Shown piece after piece: positions 38,501 to 50,544 of a stretch of 64,000 nucleotides of DNA. How positions within the stretch are numbered: the first letter of the stretch is position 1; every line of letters begins with the position of its first letter. Both the position numbers and the translations under genes were made by a program. Source of the DNA: Macrostomum lignano (Eukaryota); the NCBI GenBank assembly GCA_002269645.1, contig NIVC01001444.1, positions 1 to 64,000 of the forward strand, read 5' to 3'. The notes under the pieces are model-generated. The model searched no databases and was not told the DNA's origin. It worked only from the letters and a program-made list of their open reading frames with translations.

Positions 38501-40833
38501 AGCAGGGCGGCAGGCACGCAGGCAGCCGCTGTGTCCCTGTCGACAGCCGAAGGGTGGACACTTTGGTTCTCCTGCCACCGGAAACCGGCAGGAGCCGACG
38601 ACAGGATTAAGCCGGGTCGCCATGACAAGGCAGTGTCCATGACCGTGCCCCCGACGGACTGGGGCACCCGGTCCCTGTTGGGGCCGGCGGGCTATACTCG
38701 TAGCTAGCTGTGTTTTGTGCTACGGGCTGCAATCAGTCAATGCAGTTCTTTCTCGCTCGAACCTTTATTTCGCTGTCTCGCTCGCCACTCTGTACCTGTG
38801 ATCTTTTAAATATGACGCATACGGCATACTCGTATCGATGAAAAATCATAGTGCGAGCGTTTCACAATCTTTTAATTATAGAATCTACTATATTACTTCT
38901 GTACCTTTGGGGACCCATCATGTTTGTGATTAGTAAGAGCGTGTCATCTTTTACAGCATTCAAAGAATCATTCCGGAAGGTGGTATTTATTGACTAGAAA
39001 GTCGAATTTTGCTCAAGTAGAGTGACGCTACGCTCATAAATCGTGCGATGTGAGTATGAAAGTACGTCAATAAACATTGTGACTCTTTCAAGGGCATTAC
39101 CAAAAACTAAACCAATCAGCTTCAAGAGCTTCAGCAACGCGTGTATTTGATTTATGTTTTGTAGGTGTGGCTCACTTATTGAAGTGATAGTTCGGAAACC
39201 GTCAGTCAGTATTTTGTCACAGTTTGGTTTGCAATAAAACTCGCGCTTGAATTCACACAAACCCGCAGAAAATGACAAGAAAGAATTTCTGCAGTCATTT
39301 CCCCGCCTGGACGAGCTCGAGGAGGGCATTACAACCGCCGGGACTCAGGAGGCGGCAAGATCAAACGGTCAAGCTAGCGGCGGCGGGAAACGCCGGAGGA
39401 AAACCAGCGACGTGCCCGTCGTTCACCCGGAGACGGTGAAAACCGCCTGCTATGTGAAAAACGTCTTCATGGTGAGGCAGGGAGGCTGAAGGATGGACGG
39501 CTTCGCTGTTTTGAGTTCAATGGGAGTGCAATGGGAAGGAGTGCGCGGTGTGAGGAGTGTGCAGTTGGAGAGAGTGTGCAGTTGGAGAGAGTGTGCAGTT
39601 GGAGAGTGTGCAGTTGGAGAGAGTGTGCAGTTGGAGAGAGTGTGCAGTTGGAGAGAGTGTGCAGTGGGAGAGTGTGCAGTTGGAGAGAGAGAGTGTGTGT
39701 GCAGTTGGAGAGAGAGAGTGTGTGTGCAGTTGGAGAGAGAGAGAGTGTGTGTGTGCAGTTGGAGAGAGAGAGTGTGTGTGCAGTTGGAGAGAGAGAGAGA
39801 GAGTGTGCAGTTGGAGAGAGAGAGAGTGTGTGTGCAGTTGGAGAGAGAGAGAGAGTGTGTGTGCAGTTGGAGAGAGAGAGAGAGTTTGTGTGCAGTGGGA
39901 GAGAGTGTGCAGTGGGAGAGAGTGTGCAGTGGGAGAGAGTGTGCAGTTGGAGAGTGTGCAGTTGGAGAGAGTGTGCAGAGGGAGAGAGTGTGCAGTGGGA
40001 GAGAGTGTGCAGTTGGAGAGTGTGCAGTTGGAGAGTGTGCAGTGGGAGAGAGTGTGCAGTGGGAGAGAGTGTGCAGTTGGAGAGAGTGTGCAGAGGCAGT
40101 GTGCAGTTGGAGAGAGTGTGCAGTTGGAGAGAGTGTGCAGTGGGAGAGAGTGTGCAGTGGGAGAGAGTGTGCAGTGGGAGAGAGTGTGCAGTGGGAGAGA
40201 GTGTGCAGTTGGAGAGTGTGCAGTTGGAGAGAGTGTGCAGTGGGAGAGAGTGTGCAGTTGGAGAGTGTGCAGTTGGAGAGAGTGTGCAGAGGCAGTGTGC
40301 AGTTGGAGAGAGTGTGCAGTTGGAGAGAGAGTGTGCAGTTGGAGAGTGTGCAGTTGGAGAGTGTGCAGTGGGAGAGAGTGTGCAGTGGGAGAGAGTGTGC
40401 AGTTGGAGAGTGTGCAGTTGGAGAGAGTGTGCAGAGGCAGTGTGCAGTTGGAGAGAGTGTGCAGTTGGAGAGAGAGTGTGTGCAGTTGGAGAGAGTGTGC
40501 AGTTGGAGAGTGTGCAGTTGGAGAGTGTGCAGTTGGAGAGTGTGCAGTTGGAGAGTGTGCAGAGGCAGTGTGCAGTTGGAGAGAGTGTGAAGAGGCAGTG
40601 TGCAGTGGCAGTGTGCAGTGGGGGGATGCCAGGATGTGCAGAAATATTCGCCTTTCAACCCACAGAAAATAGCGGAACGGAAACGCCAGTCGGATTTCAA
40701 ATACGAGTACCACCACCACACCTGCTGCTGCTACTACACCTGCGCTGTCAACACCGACAATGTGAAGAAGGTGCTGGAGGGCTGCCGGACCTTCATCATA
40801 GACAAGCACCTGGAGCGATTCGGCATTCTGTGA
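26792..40833 (+). CDS. Heterotrimeric G-protein alpha subunit, divergent Gs-like, ~510 aa, 9 exons
   Basis: Exons 26792-26915, 30016-30088, 32480-32534, 33481-33725, 34675-34815, 35255-35594, 36391-36574, 39269-39471 and 40666-40833. All introns are GT-AG, phases are consistent, and the total is 1533 nt. Motifs: [52 protein letters not shown] and C-terminal HLERFGIL. Confidence 0.93.
27000..27738. repeat. Intronic 24-bp minisatellite (GGTAGAGAAAAGGTCCTAATGGCA)n
   Basis: Direct inspection; G-alpha intron 1. Confidence 0.95.
28332..29052. repeat. Intronic 64-bp minisatellite
   Basis: Period 64 (28598, 28662). Confidence 0.95.
29454..29523. repeat. (GA)n microsatellite
   Basis: Direct inspection. 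Confidence 0.98.
30180..32316. repeat. Intronic 19-bp minisatellite (GGCCTGTGTGGTTCCCTAT)n, ~2.1 kb
   Basis: Direct inspection; G-alpha intron 2. Confidence 0.97.
32946..33477. repeat. (CACATC)n hexamer tract abutting a 3' splice site
   Basis: Direct inspection; acceptor CATCCGTAG ends at 33480. Confidence 0.96.
35625..36070. repeat. (TCCTG)n pentamer tract
   Basis: Direct inspection; G-alpha intron 6. Confidence 0.98.
36590..37990. repeat. Intronic 31-bp minisatellite (TTCTTCGTTTGGATTCAGTTAACCTCTCCGA)n
   Basis: Period 31 (36781, 36812). Confidence 0.97.
39545..40620. repeat. Intronic variable-length repeat GTGTGCAGT(T/G)G(GA)n
   Basis: Direct inspection; G-alpha intron 8. Confidence 0.95.
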
Positions 40834-43445
40834 AAGCGTTGCGGCCCAATGTCCCTCCCATAGACAATCAAAGCCAGTGAATTATGATGATTGCGCCTGG
40901 CTCATTCTTGTTCGTTTGCCATTAGTAATTATTAACTATTATTGTGATTAATACATGTTGGCGTACTTTTACTCGCATCGTTTCGCAGTCGATTTGCTCG
41001 CTCGTTCCTAATCCCTCCAGCCACGCCGCCTTCCATCGGCCTTTGTACGTTGACGCCCCCCTCTCTCTCTTGCATTTTCTGGCCTCCCGTGCACTGCACA
41101 GTCGCAGAGACTAAAAGACTCGGCTGCGCTCTGAGTTGGCACATTGTCCACTCTCAATGGCCACCATCCATTCCGTTAATTGCTTGACAGTCTCTGGCCA
41201 AGTCTGTAGCCCTCTTCCCCCGGCAATACAAGATTGCTTGGAATTTGTCCTTATGAATTTGTTGCGCAATTCATATATCATTTTATTGCTTGTTATTAAC
41301 ATTGTGGACTAGCTACCAGATTTATTAAATATTATGCATTGATCGTATGTGTCTATTGTAGCGCTACGCCTGTTGAACTGTGTGCACTCAGTTTTAAAAA
41401 ATCACGACCGTTCACTTCGACTCAAAGCTTACATGTATACAGCTGGCAGTTCGAGCGGGTTGCCATACGAGTACGCGTAGGCGTGTCCTGCCGATTCCAC
41501 CGTTCCGTGGCTGCTTGCCAAATAGATAAATATGCATATGCAAAACACAGAAAGGATGCGAGTTAGTCGAACAGAACGGCGGGTGCATGGAACGGCGATG
41601 CCAACTTCCTTAGATACATCCTCTCTTCTCTGCTCTCCATCCTATTCTGAATATCGTGTCAAATGTCAATGACGAGCCGACTGTAATTTCGCACAGGACC
41701 CGCGCTGCTAAGAATGCTGTTTAATTCTATTTAAGCTTTTATTGTTAATTAAATTTCTTCTGTGCGTGCGTTGAGTGCAAAATTGGCCCAAACGCAGTCT
41801 TTGTTCGTCTTTCTGTTCCTGTCCTAATATTATTTTTATTGTGTCCCGAACAGGGACGTCCAACAAGTTTCTGCGCTTTTTCTTCATTCTTTTGCTGATC
41901 TAGAAATTTTGAGCACGCGTTGTTCTAGCAAAACAATTATATTTTGTTTATAACGGGGATGCAATATATGAAACCAACGTGTACAATACTGTTGTACACT
42001 GCTCGCTGAAAACAAAAATACAGGCGTGAATTTGGGGGGGGGGCATCGGTTAAGTTTACTTTACCAGCGAGTCGAAATTTTAAAAACAATTTTTATATCT
42101 TATTCATTATTTTACAAACGACATATCCTTTGATTCAGTTTATCCCATTGCCTATTTATAATTATGGAATTATAATAAAGGAACTCTGTATTAGGGACAT
42201 CTCCGTGACAGTTTTTATTTCTTTTAAAGACCCTGAGCTTCTTGTAGATAGCTACTCTGAAATCCCTTTCGAAGACCCTGACATCTCTCAGTTCTTAAGG
42301 TCCCCGAGACTCACGCCATAGACTACTTATAGTGAACTGAATGTGTAAACATTAAAAGATCCAAGAAACTCGGCATCGGAATAGGTTTTAACCGTAATAT
42401 ACTCGTAATTGATTTAATGAAGGCAATCGAAGGTAGGTAACGATGATTTACATGTGTATATTACTAAAGATGCTGGAAAAAGCGTGCCGTTTTTGGCAGG
42501 TGTTGAGTGTACATTCAAATAACTGAAATAGCCGTAGCGCAATCCAGCCACACTGATGCTCGCACAAGGGCGGGCGCTAAAGGAAGTGAAGGCCTCGAGT
42601 AGTCTTGCTTTCTTAATTAAAAAGTGTGCATTTCTCACCTGGTGAGATTCGACGCGCGCAATTTGCTTTGATACATCCGTTCGAGCATTGCACACCTAAC
42701 ACGAATGCCGCAGTCCATCCATCTCTGTCTCTCTATATCTGTTCCAGCATCTTCCTTTCGCGGCCGCATTAAATCCAGAGAATCTGCATACCTTCATCGC
42801 CGTGCATAAGAGCGAAATCTATTTTGTTGTGTGCTTCGAGTTTTTCTATGAAGACAAAGGAATGTACGCGAGAGCAAAGCTATCGACTTGGGAGGCACCT
42901 ACATGTATGCGGTGTGGGCCCGACTGTCCCAGCCAGTCTAGAAATTATGATGCTATACCAAAACCATAATACAACAATAATTACCTGCTGCAAAGAAAAG
43001 TAAAGGTATTATCTTGGTCTCAAGTGGGCACTGTCCCAGACTCCGAACGAATACACGTCTCGTCTAAGGTGGCCGCTCATAAAAGTGAATGCGATAAACT
43101 CAACAATAAAGAAAGCTTTATTTGATTATTGCTGCGCTCTATTGTTACAGCTGCTTTTACTTTTTCGTACCACGCGACTATAGTGGACTATAGAAGTCTC
43201 TGAATGTATCATTTTTCTCCTGGTTTCTCATTTCACTGGTTTTAGTGTTTAAAGCTTTTTGTAAAGAGTAAAAATGGCTTAGATTTGCTGAAATGTTTAC
43301 TTGACAGTAATAGTTATGGAAATGAAACAATTTTTCTTTACTTAACGAAAATCTATGCATTCACCTGTATGTAAAACTTAAGAAATTACAATGTGCAATA
43401 AGAAATTACAATAGGCGTACAAAAGCTTAATACGCATGAATTTGG

Positions 43446-43758
43446 TACATACATACATACATACATACATACATACATACATACATACATACATACATAC
43501 ATACATACATACATACATACATACATACATACATACATACATACATACATACATACATACATACATACAGTACATACATACATACATACATACAGTACAT
43601 ACATACATACATACATACATACATACATACAGTACATACATACATACATACATACAGTACATACATACATACATACATACATACATACATACATACATAC
43701 ATACATACATACATACATACATACATACATACATACATACATACATACATGTACATAC
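43446..43758. repeat. (TACA)n microsatellite at the SINE 3' end
   Basis: Direct inspection. Confidence 0.97.
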
Positions 43759-43985
43759 ATTATAATTGATTACACCTACCCTAATGGGCAGATGTGCAAC
43801 CGACAGCTCAGCCGCAGCTATTGCGCGGCGCATCTGAAGGCTGCGTACGGCTGCTAAGTCCAAGGACTGGGGGGGTCGCCACACACACACCCTCAGTTAC
43901 CCCAGCTAATGCTGGCACCCATTTTACAGCTGGATGAACTGAAGCAATGCAGAGTTGAGTGTCTTGCTCAAGGACAAAAATTGTT
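43759..43985 (-). mobile_element. 5'-truncated CORE-like SINE copy
   Basis: Homologous to 24508-24700; includes CCCATTTTACAGCTGGATGAACTGAAGCAATGCAGAGTTGAGTGTCTTGCTCAAGG. Confidence 0.8.
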
Positions 43986-44461
43986 CCGAGTGGGATATAT
44001 ATACTTACATACATACATACATACATACATACTTACTTACTTACATACATACATACTGTACAAAACTCATGCCAATTTCACTGTTGTAACTATTTATTGA
44101 ACTTGACTTGATTTGGTTTGACTTGTCAATGATCGACAGTACATGCACATGCATGTAAACTGAGCAAAAGTACTGAACAACCAACAGGATACTCGTACAA
44201 GATTGAAAGGAAATGTTGTATCTTTGAGTAAATTAACGAACAGAAACTCCCTTCTTTCCCTATGATTCCCGCTCCCCGTGATGACTCATTTAGATGTGCA
44301 TGACTCACGTTTATCGCCCACAAACTCCCCCAACCCTCCAACCCCTTCTTTCTATATTGTTCGAAATCATTCATGGGTGGGACATTTTTATGACCACCTA
44401 TCTTCCCAAGTTTTCCCTGTCTGTTATGTAATCCCCATCATAATTCATTCTTCTCTGCTGC

Positions 44462-44512
44462 GCCCCACCCCGATTTCTCGTCCAATCACAGCGCGGCTGA
44501 CGGGTGACGTCA
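44462..44512 (+). promoter_or_regulatory. Promoter-like motif cluster: GCCCCACCC box, CCAAT and palindromic CRE (TGACGTCA)
   Basis: GCCCCACCC at 44462, CCAAT at 44482 and TGACGTCA at 44505. Function is inferred only. Confidence 0.4.
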
Positions 44513-44556
44513 TCAGGGTTGCTTGGTAACGGAGGCCAAGGACAAGTCACGGCCTT

Positions 44557-46579
44557 ACTTACTTACTTACTACTGACGGGGGCGCAGGCGCCGCGAATAG
44601 GCCGCGAGGCCCCTATCGCAACCCCAAGGTAAAAGAGCACAAGGATTAACCCTGGGGGTGCGCCCAGTCCCCGCCAGTAGTCGGCAGGTTCGCAGTGGAG
44701 GCATCGGCGACCCTCATCCGGCCGGAGTCCCGGACGAAGGCGCGCAGGTCACGGATATTGTCCGGGGTGGTCAGCTCGTCCATCCGCTGGGGGTGGCCGA
44801 GGTATTTGTGCCGCGCCTTGTTGAAGTAAGGGCAGAAGGTGACGTGATGCTCCGCGGTCTCCTCTCCTATGCCACAGAAAGGACAGGTGGGAGGGCAACC
44901 GGTTTGCAACGATATATGTCTCTGGAAGAATCCATGGCCGGTTAGGACCATGCACATCTCCCTGAGGTCGGTTCTGTTAAGCGAAATCAGATAATCAGAG
45001 ACTTTCCTGTTCAGGTTAGGCATGGCAGAGCGGCTCTGCCTGTACTCGGTGCAGCTGTTCCAGTGGAGCTGGTGCTGCTGATGGAGCCACCTGTTGATAT
45101 GGCGGGTGACTTGCGACCTGGGAGTGGGTAGCCTCATACGGTGGTTGCCGTCTGGGTTGCTGCCCTCCTTGGCGAGAGAGTCCGCGAGCTCGTTGCCCAG
45201 GATGTTGCTGTGACCAGGTGTCCAGATAATTCTAATCCTGTTAAGGACTGAGAGAGATTGCACACTGCGGTGGCATTGAGATACTGTAGCAGCGGAGATA
45301 TTCTCAGTGGTTAAGGCCTTAATAGCAGCTTGGCTATCAGTGTAGAAATTAATGTCAAAGTTATTAATGTTCGCCTGAAGCAGTTGCTGGGCACACTGTT
45401 CAATGGCGCAAATTTCGGCTTGGAAAACTGAGGTGTTCTCACCGAGGTGCAGACTTTCCTGAAAAAGCATCTTACCCTCGTGGAAAATGGCAATACCCGC
45501 TCCAGCGCGGCCGTTGAACAGCGAGCCGTCGGTGAAGCAGTGAATGCCCTGGCTGCGCCGGTTCACACCGACATCCAGCGGAATATTGTCTCGTCCAGGG
45601 ATGGCGGTCTTGAAGCCCCTCCTGATGTTGAGGGCGGGAGGTCGACTATCCACATTGCCCAGGTCCATGTGGATGTTGTTGAGGTCGCGGCGGACAAAGT
45701 CCATATGCGGGATTAATGTTTTCATTGGCATAAAGCCAGAGGGTGCGTTATTTAACGTTTTATCTCTGATAAGCCGGGAGGCAGACTTCATAGCCTCCGC
45801 CCTAATAAATAGGTGAAGCGGAGGCAGGTTAAGGATAGTGTTCAGCCCCTCGTAGGGGGTAGACGGGTACGCACCTGTGATGGCACGGCAAATGCTGCCC
45901 TGAAGCTGGTACAGGCGCTGACGGGCGGTCTTCTGCTCCAGCACGCTAGTCCAGATGAGACTCGCGTATGTGATACTGGGCCGGATGATGCCGGTATAAA
46001 TCCAACGGACCGTTCTAGGCGAGAGGCCCCAAGTCGGCCCGATGGCTCTGCGCAGCTGGGCAAAGCAGCGTTTTGCCCGACCGATGACGTTATCAAGGTG
46101 CTTCGTCCAGCGCAGGTCATGCGTTAGCGTCACACCGAGGTATTTGACCTCCTTCTTGAAGGGGATGTTTCTGCCATAGACAGTGAGGTTTTTCATCTCC
46201 CACTTACGGCGCTTGGTGAAAACGACAGCGACAGTCTTGGTGTCGCTGGTTTTTAGGCCATGCTGTGTAGCCCAGTCGGCCGCCTTGTCGGCGAATTGCT
46301 GCATCAGGTTGCGCAGAGTGGCGGGGTCGGGTCCGCTGACGACCGCGGCAACGTCATCGGCGTAGCCCGCCCTGGTGATACTGCTGGGAATGTCAGCGGT
46401 TAGAAGTTCGTCCATGACGAGATTCCAAAGAAGTGGAGTTAGCACGCCACCTTGCGGGCCGCCTTTCATCACCGCCCGGGTGTAGGTAACGCCCATAAGC
46501 GTAGATGTCGCAAACCTATTGCGGATCATAAAATAAATCCAGCGGACAATGCTGTGTCTCACATTCCTGCGGGAAAGAG
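44557..46579 (-). mobile_element. 5'-truncated non-LTR retrotransposon (LOA-like; RT + RNase H + CCHC)
   Basis: 12-bp TSD AGTCACGGCCTT at 44545-44556 and 46580-46591; (TAAG)n 3' tail; uninterrupted ORF to stop at 44646. Confidence 0.93.
44646..46579 (-). CDS. LINE ORF2 C-terminal fragment: reverse transcriptase (partial), RNase H, CCHC finger
   Basis: [71 protein letters not shown]. Confidence 0.93.
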
Positions 46580-48923
46580 AGTCACGGCCTTGAATATCAC
46601 GCATCACGCTCACGAGACTGTTCTGAGCCCTGAGCCGCTACCCTTACCCTTCCACTTTCCCAATCATTTGCTCCCCTTCCCCTTCCGTTTCCTTACGAGC
46701 CCCTTATACATTTTTGGTCCTGAGCTGTAACCACGTGCTGAGCTGTAACTTCCCTTGGCTCTAACCTCCTGCTGTGTCTCGTCTGTGACTGCAGCCGCCG
46801 CCGTGACCATCCGACGACCACCGCGCCAAGCAGACCTGCCCGTCGGCCGCGTCTGTAAGGCATTTCTTTCTCTGTTGCGCTGCCCTTGGGTAATAGTCAG
46901 CCCGGTCTCCCCCCCATTGCTCATCATCTCCTAATTTTGAATCTTAACTTATTAATTCAGTTTTAATAATTATCCGAGCGGTTAGGGACAAGTTTAGGGC
47001 CAGTAATTCAGGGCATTAGCTATCTAACTCGTTTGCTCCTGTCTGATTACTTATTTATGAGCGTACTATGAAATGTGGTATGAAATGTGAGTAGTGAGTG
47101 CGCCGATCGCAGGGCATTGAATAGAAGCTGAGGATCAGGGCGGAAGATCACCGAGTATGAGCCGAATTTAACCAAATAATCATAGCAGTAACAATATAGT
47201 AGCTCTGGGACCTGTACATTCCCATCCCCTGCTGCGCATCTCACCCATCTAGGAGGGAAAACATAAAGATGACGTTATCTCAAGGATCCCCCTATGCAAA
47301 AGTCCTCATTTTCAGCACTGACTACGTACTGTCCTTGTATGACTTGTAAAGAGTACCTTAACCGGCCATTTCTAGTACAGTTGGGGTCACCTTGGTCTGT
47401 TACTGACCGGGAGTCCCGTATCGTTAGTGGGAGTTTTTACCGGGTGTTACTCCAGGAACCACTAGCAGTGTATATACTGCTATACGGCTAGATCGATCTG
47501 CTAGTGGTCCTTGCTACTCCTGTACAGGTGACTGCGATGGCGGCCGCGCCTCTGATTGTGCCTTCAAACAACTCGGGCTCGCAGTCTAGATAACGGGAGC
47601 TTGGCCGCAACGTCAGCTACCGCACCACCCAGAGGCGGACAAAGTCTAGAGAACGAAGCCTGGTAAACCTTTCAGCGCCAGAGCCCAGGGGTTGCACAGG
47701 TGTTTTCATGCAGCCTGCAGGTTAATCGTACAGCTCTAGTAAAAGCATTAGTACATGTAGTAACAGTTACAATTATCAATCTGTTAGTTATCTTCCCATT
47801 TGGTCATCTTAGGTTACTATAAAACCCCCACCTTAATTTGGTCACTTCGCTATCTCCACCAAAAGGACTCATAGCTATATGCAATAAGCGATCATTTCAT
47901 CATCTCATGAAATCAGGTCAATGAAAGTTGTAAAAAATCACCAGAGTTTTAGTCACATCGTAGATTAAAACTCAATTTTATACACTATAGAAAAATAAAA
48001 GAAACTTTTTTCGATTCAAGGAACATGAAATCTGGTTGCTATAAAGCTATGTGGAAAACTGAATTAAAACTTAAAACTGAAGGGCAGACGAAAGTGCATT
48101 CGAGTCTTCAGTCTCATTTGTTTCACTGTTTAGTTGTTTCACCAACCTCCAGCATTCAGTTGACAAATTGCAATTGGTTACTGCACCATATTCTACAAGG
48201 CCAGTTCAAAACGAAGATGATGATACGAACCGAAACCGCGCAACGCTTTACGGTTTTATAGGGTTTTCGTGGAAAGGAAATCAGGATGTAAGATAGGCAA
48301 TTTGAAGGCGACTGAAATACAGTAATCTGAAAATTCCTATTAAATGCAATAAGTCTGATTATATTTTGATAGATTATCTTACTACATGATCAGCTAGTAG
48401 TTGTTTTATTATCTTTACCTTTACCTGGCACCGTACGAGAGCATTTAGGTTTCTAGGAAATTGCTCAAGAAAGAGAAGTGACAGCGGCTATATTCTTGAA
48501 TTTAGTAGTGGCGGCTGGGTTTTTTTAAGGTTGGAAATTTAGTTGCCAGCTGGCCCTTGGCCTTGGGGCTCAAAATCCAGTTGCCAATGGCTATTTTTGG
48601 TTGCCCATTGGCAACTAGCCACATTCTTGAGGATAGATATTTCCGAGGCTTATTAAACATGTATGCACTGTATGACTATGCTATGGGAATGAGACTGTCT
48701 GGGACTTGTTATTGACATTGTCAATTTTTGCAACTTAGTATTTGCCACAACTTAGATTCATATGGCACTTTTATTACACTTGGAAAATCATTTTCTGAAA
48801 GTGGCAACTGGCACAAGGAAATGAAGTTGCCAGATTGGCCTCTGATGCCGAAAATCCAGTTGCCAATGCCAATGAGATTTTCAAGGGGCCAAAAACCCTA
48901 TATGGCCCAAAAAATAAACCTAG

Positions 48924-49093
48924 AGTGGCAGATCCAGGATTTTTAAAGTGAGGGGGGGCGGATTGGCCTAACTATTTGGGTTGGCCCAAAATAATTGCCC
49001 TAAATAGCCCAAAATTGAATACTCCCCCTTGTTATATTAGGAAATCCAGCCACAGCAAAAGAGGGGGGCAGCCCCCCCCCTGGATTCGCCAGT
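48924..49093. mobile_element. Degenerate short MITE-like element
   Basis: Imperfect terminal inverted repeat AGTGGCAGATCCAGG / CCTGGATTCGCCAGT with G/C runs inside the ends; no TSD confirmed. Confidence 0.4.
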
Positions 49094-50544
49094 TTGTTGC
49101 ATATTTATCTCATTTGGCATAGTTCTAGTTTACTGCATTAAATTATTTCGCCCTCTATTCAAGGGTAGGGGGGTTGGAATATAATGAAGTAAACTAGAAC
49201 TATGCCTCTCATTTTTGCATAGAATTAATATTAGCAATGGTTTCTTAATAAACTGATAGTGATATACTTGAAATATATGTCCTTATGGAAATAAATTGGC
49301 ACAAACACTAAAAAGATTAAAGATTTTATATTATGAATAATTTGTTTCAAATCTATTATTGTATCAATATTTATGAATACGATTGATTAAAACTAAATAA
49401 ATTATGTATGATAATAAAACAATAGCTATTAAATTGCTAATTATTGTTAGAGCAAAAATAGATAGGCCTATAATAGAGATTTAATGTTGTAGCTGTGGCC
49501 ATCTTGGTCTTATACCAATTCTAGGTTGCTGTTTAGGCCCTTCAATGCACTCTTAAGCTTTTAAGCCATTCATTTTCTTCAAATATCTAAGTAGTAGCAC
49601 TTTAATAGTGGGCTAGGCCTAACTTGTATTTAAGGATAGGCCTTTAGGAGTAGGCAGCCTTAGCCTATAAGTCTATATATGCAATCTCCTAGTTTAGACC
49701 ATACTACATTAAATTATTTTTCAGTTTTTTCACACAGAGATAATTGAACACAGATAGAATACAAGTAGCAGGCTTATTATAAATGTTAGGTAAGTATCAG
49801 ATCAGTTAATAATATTAAGAATAGAGCTATCTAATATAAGAAGTTTCCAAAGACCTTTCTTAAAAACAGGTGGCACTATTCATATAGGCTCCTGCAATGT
49901 CTTCTAAACACATCTAAACTTGGTTCCTGTACTGCAGTGTTGCCACCACTGCGATTTTTTATCGCTCAGCGATAATTTTGTCTATTTTGCTCATTTCTTG
50001 CAATTTTTTGTGGACACCAATCCTTTCAACTTTTTTTTCAAGTACTGTGTTTTATTTTGTGCTCAATTTAAGTTTCATGAATGTCATCAATATAGCATGA
50101 GGCTGTGCAAGCCTCCGGTTTTGAAGCTCGGCGAAAGGAAATTGAGCATGCTGCGGTCAAGCGAGCACTGAAGAAAGCTGCTGACGAAACGGCTCGGCAA
50201 AAGAGACAGGCGGAGTTTGGCGCTCAATCTGTCCTGCCAAAGGTTCCAAAGAAAAAATGAACATCCACTGAAGAGCCTGCAGTTTTGCCTGACTAACATT
50301 TGACTAGCCAAACAAAGATTCACGTAAAAGTATTTCTTCCCTTACAGTAACCAACATTGATCAACAATTAAAATATTAAAAGAATTCATTTCAGCTATAT
50401 AGAATTGAGAACAGATTCAGACAACTGGAATATAGCACAAAATTTAGTTGTAAAATTGTTATTACTCATCTCGTAGGTAGCGTCTTGTGTTTAGTTGGTT
50501 GCTCGGGTCGGTTCTATAACGAACATCAGTAATCTATATTTATA

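Noticed and set aside
39450-40880. 365-449 aa His/Cys-rich ORFs
   Set aside because: Intron 8 repeat; only 40666-40833 is coding.
44658-46730. Short ORFs overlapping or antisense to the LINE ORF
   Set aside because: Shadow frames of GC-rich retrotransposon coding sequence.
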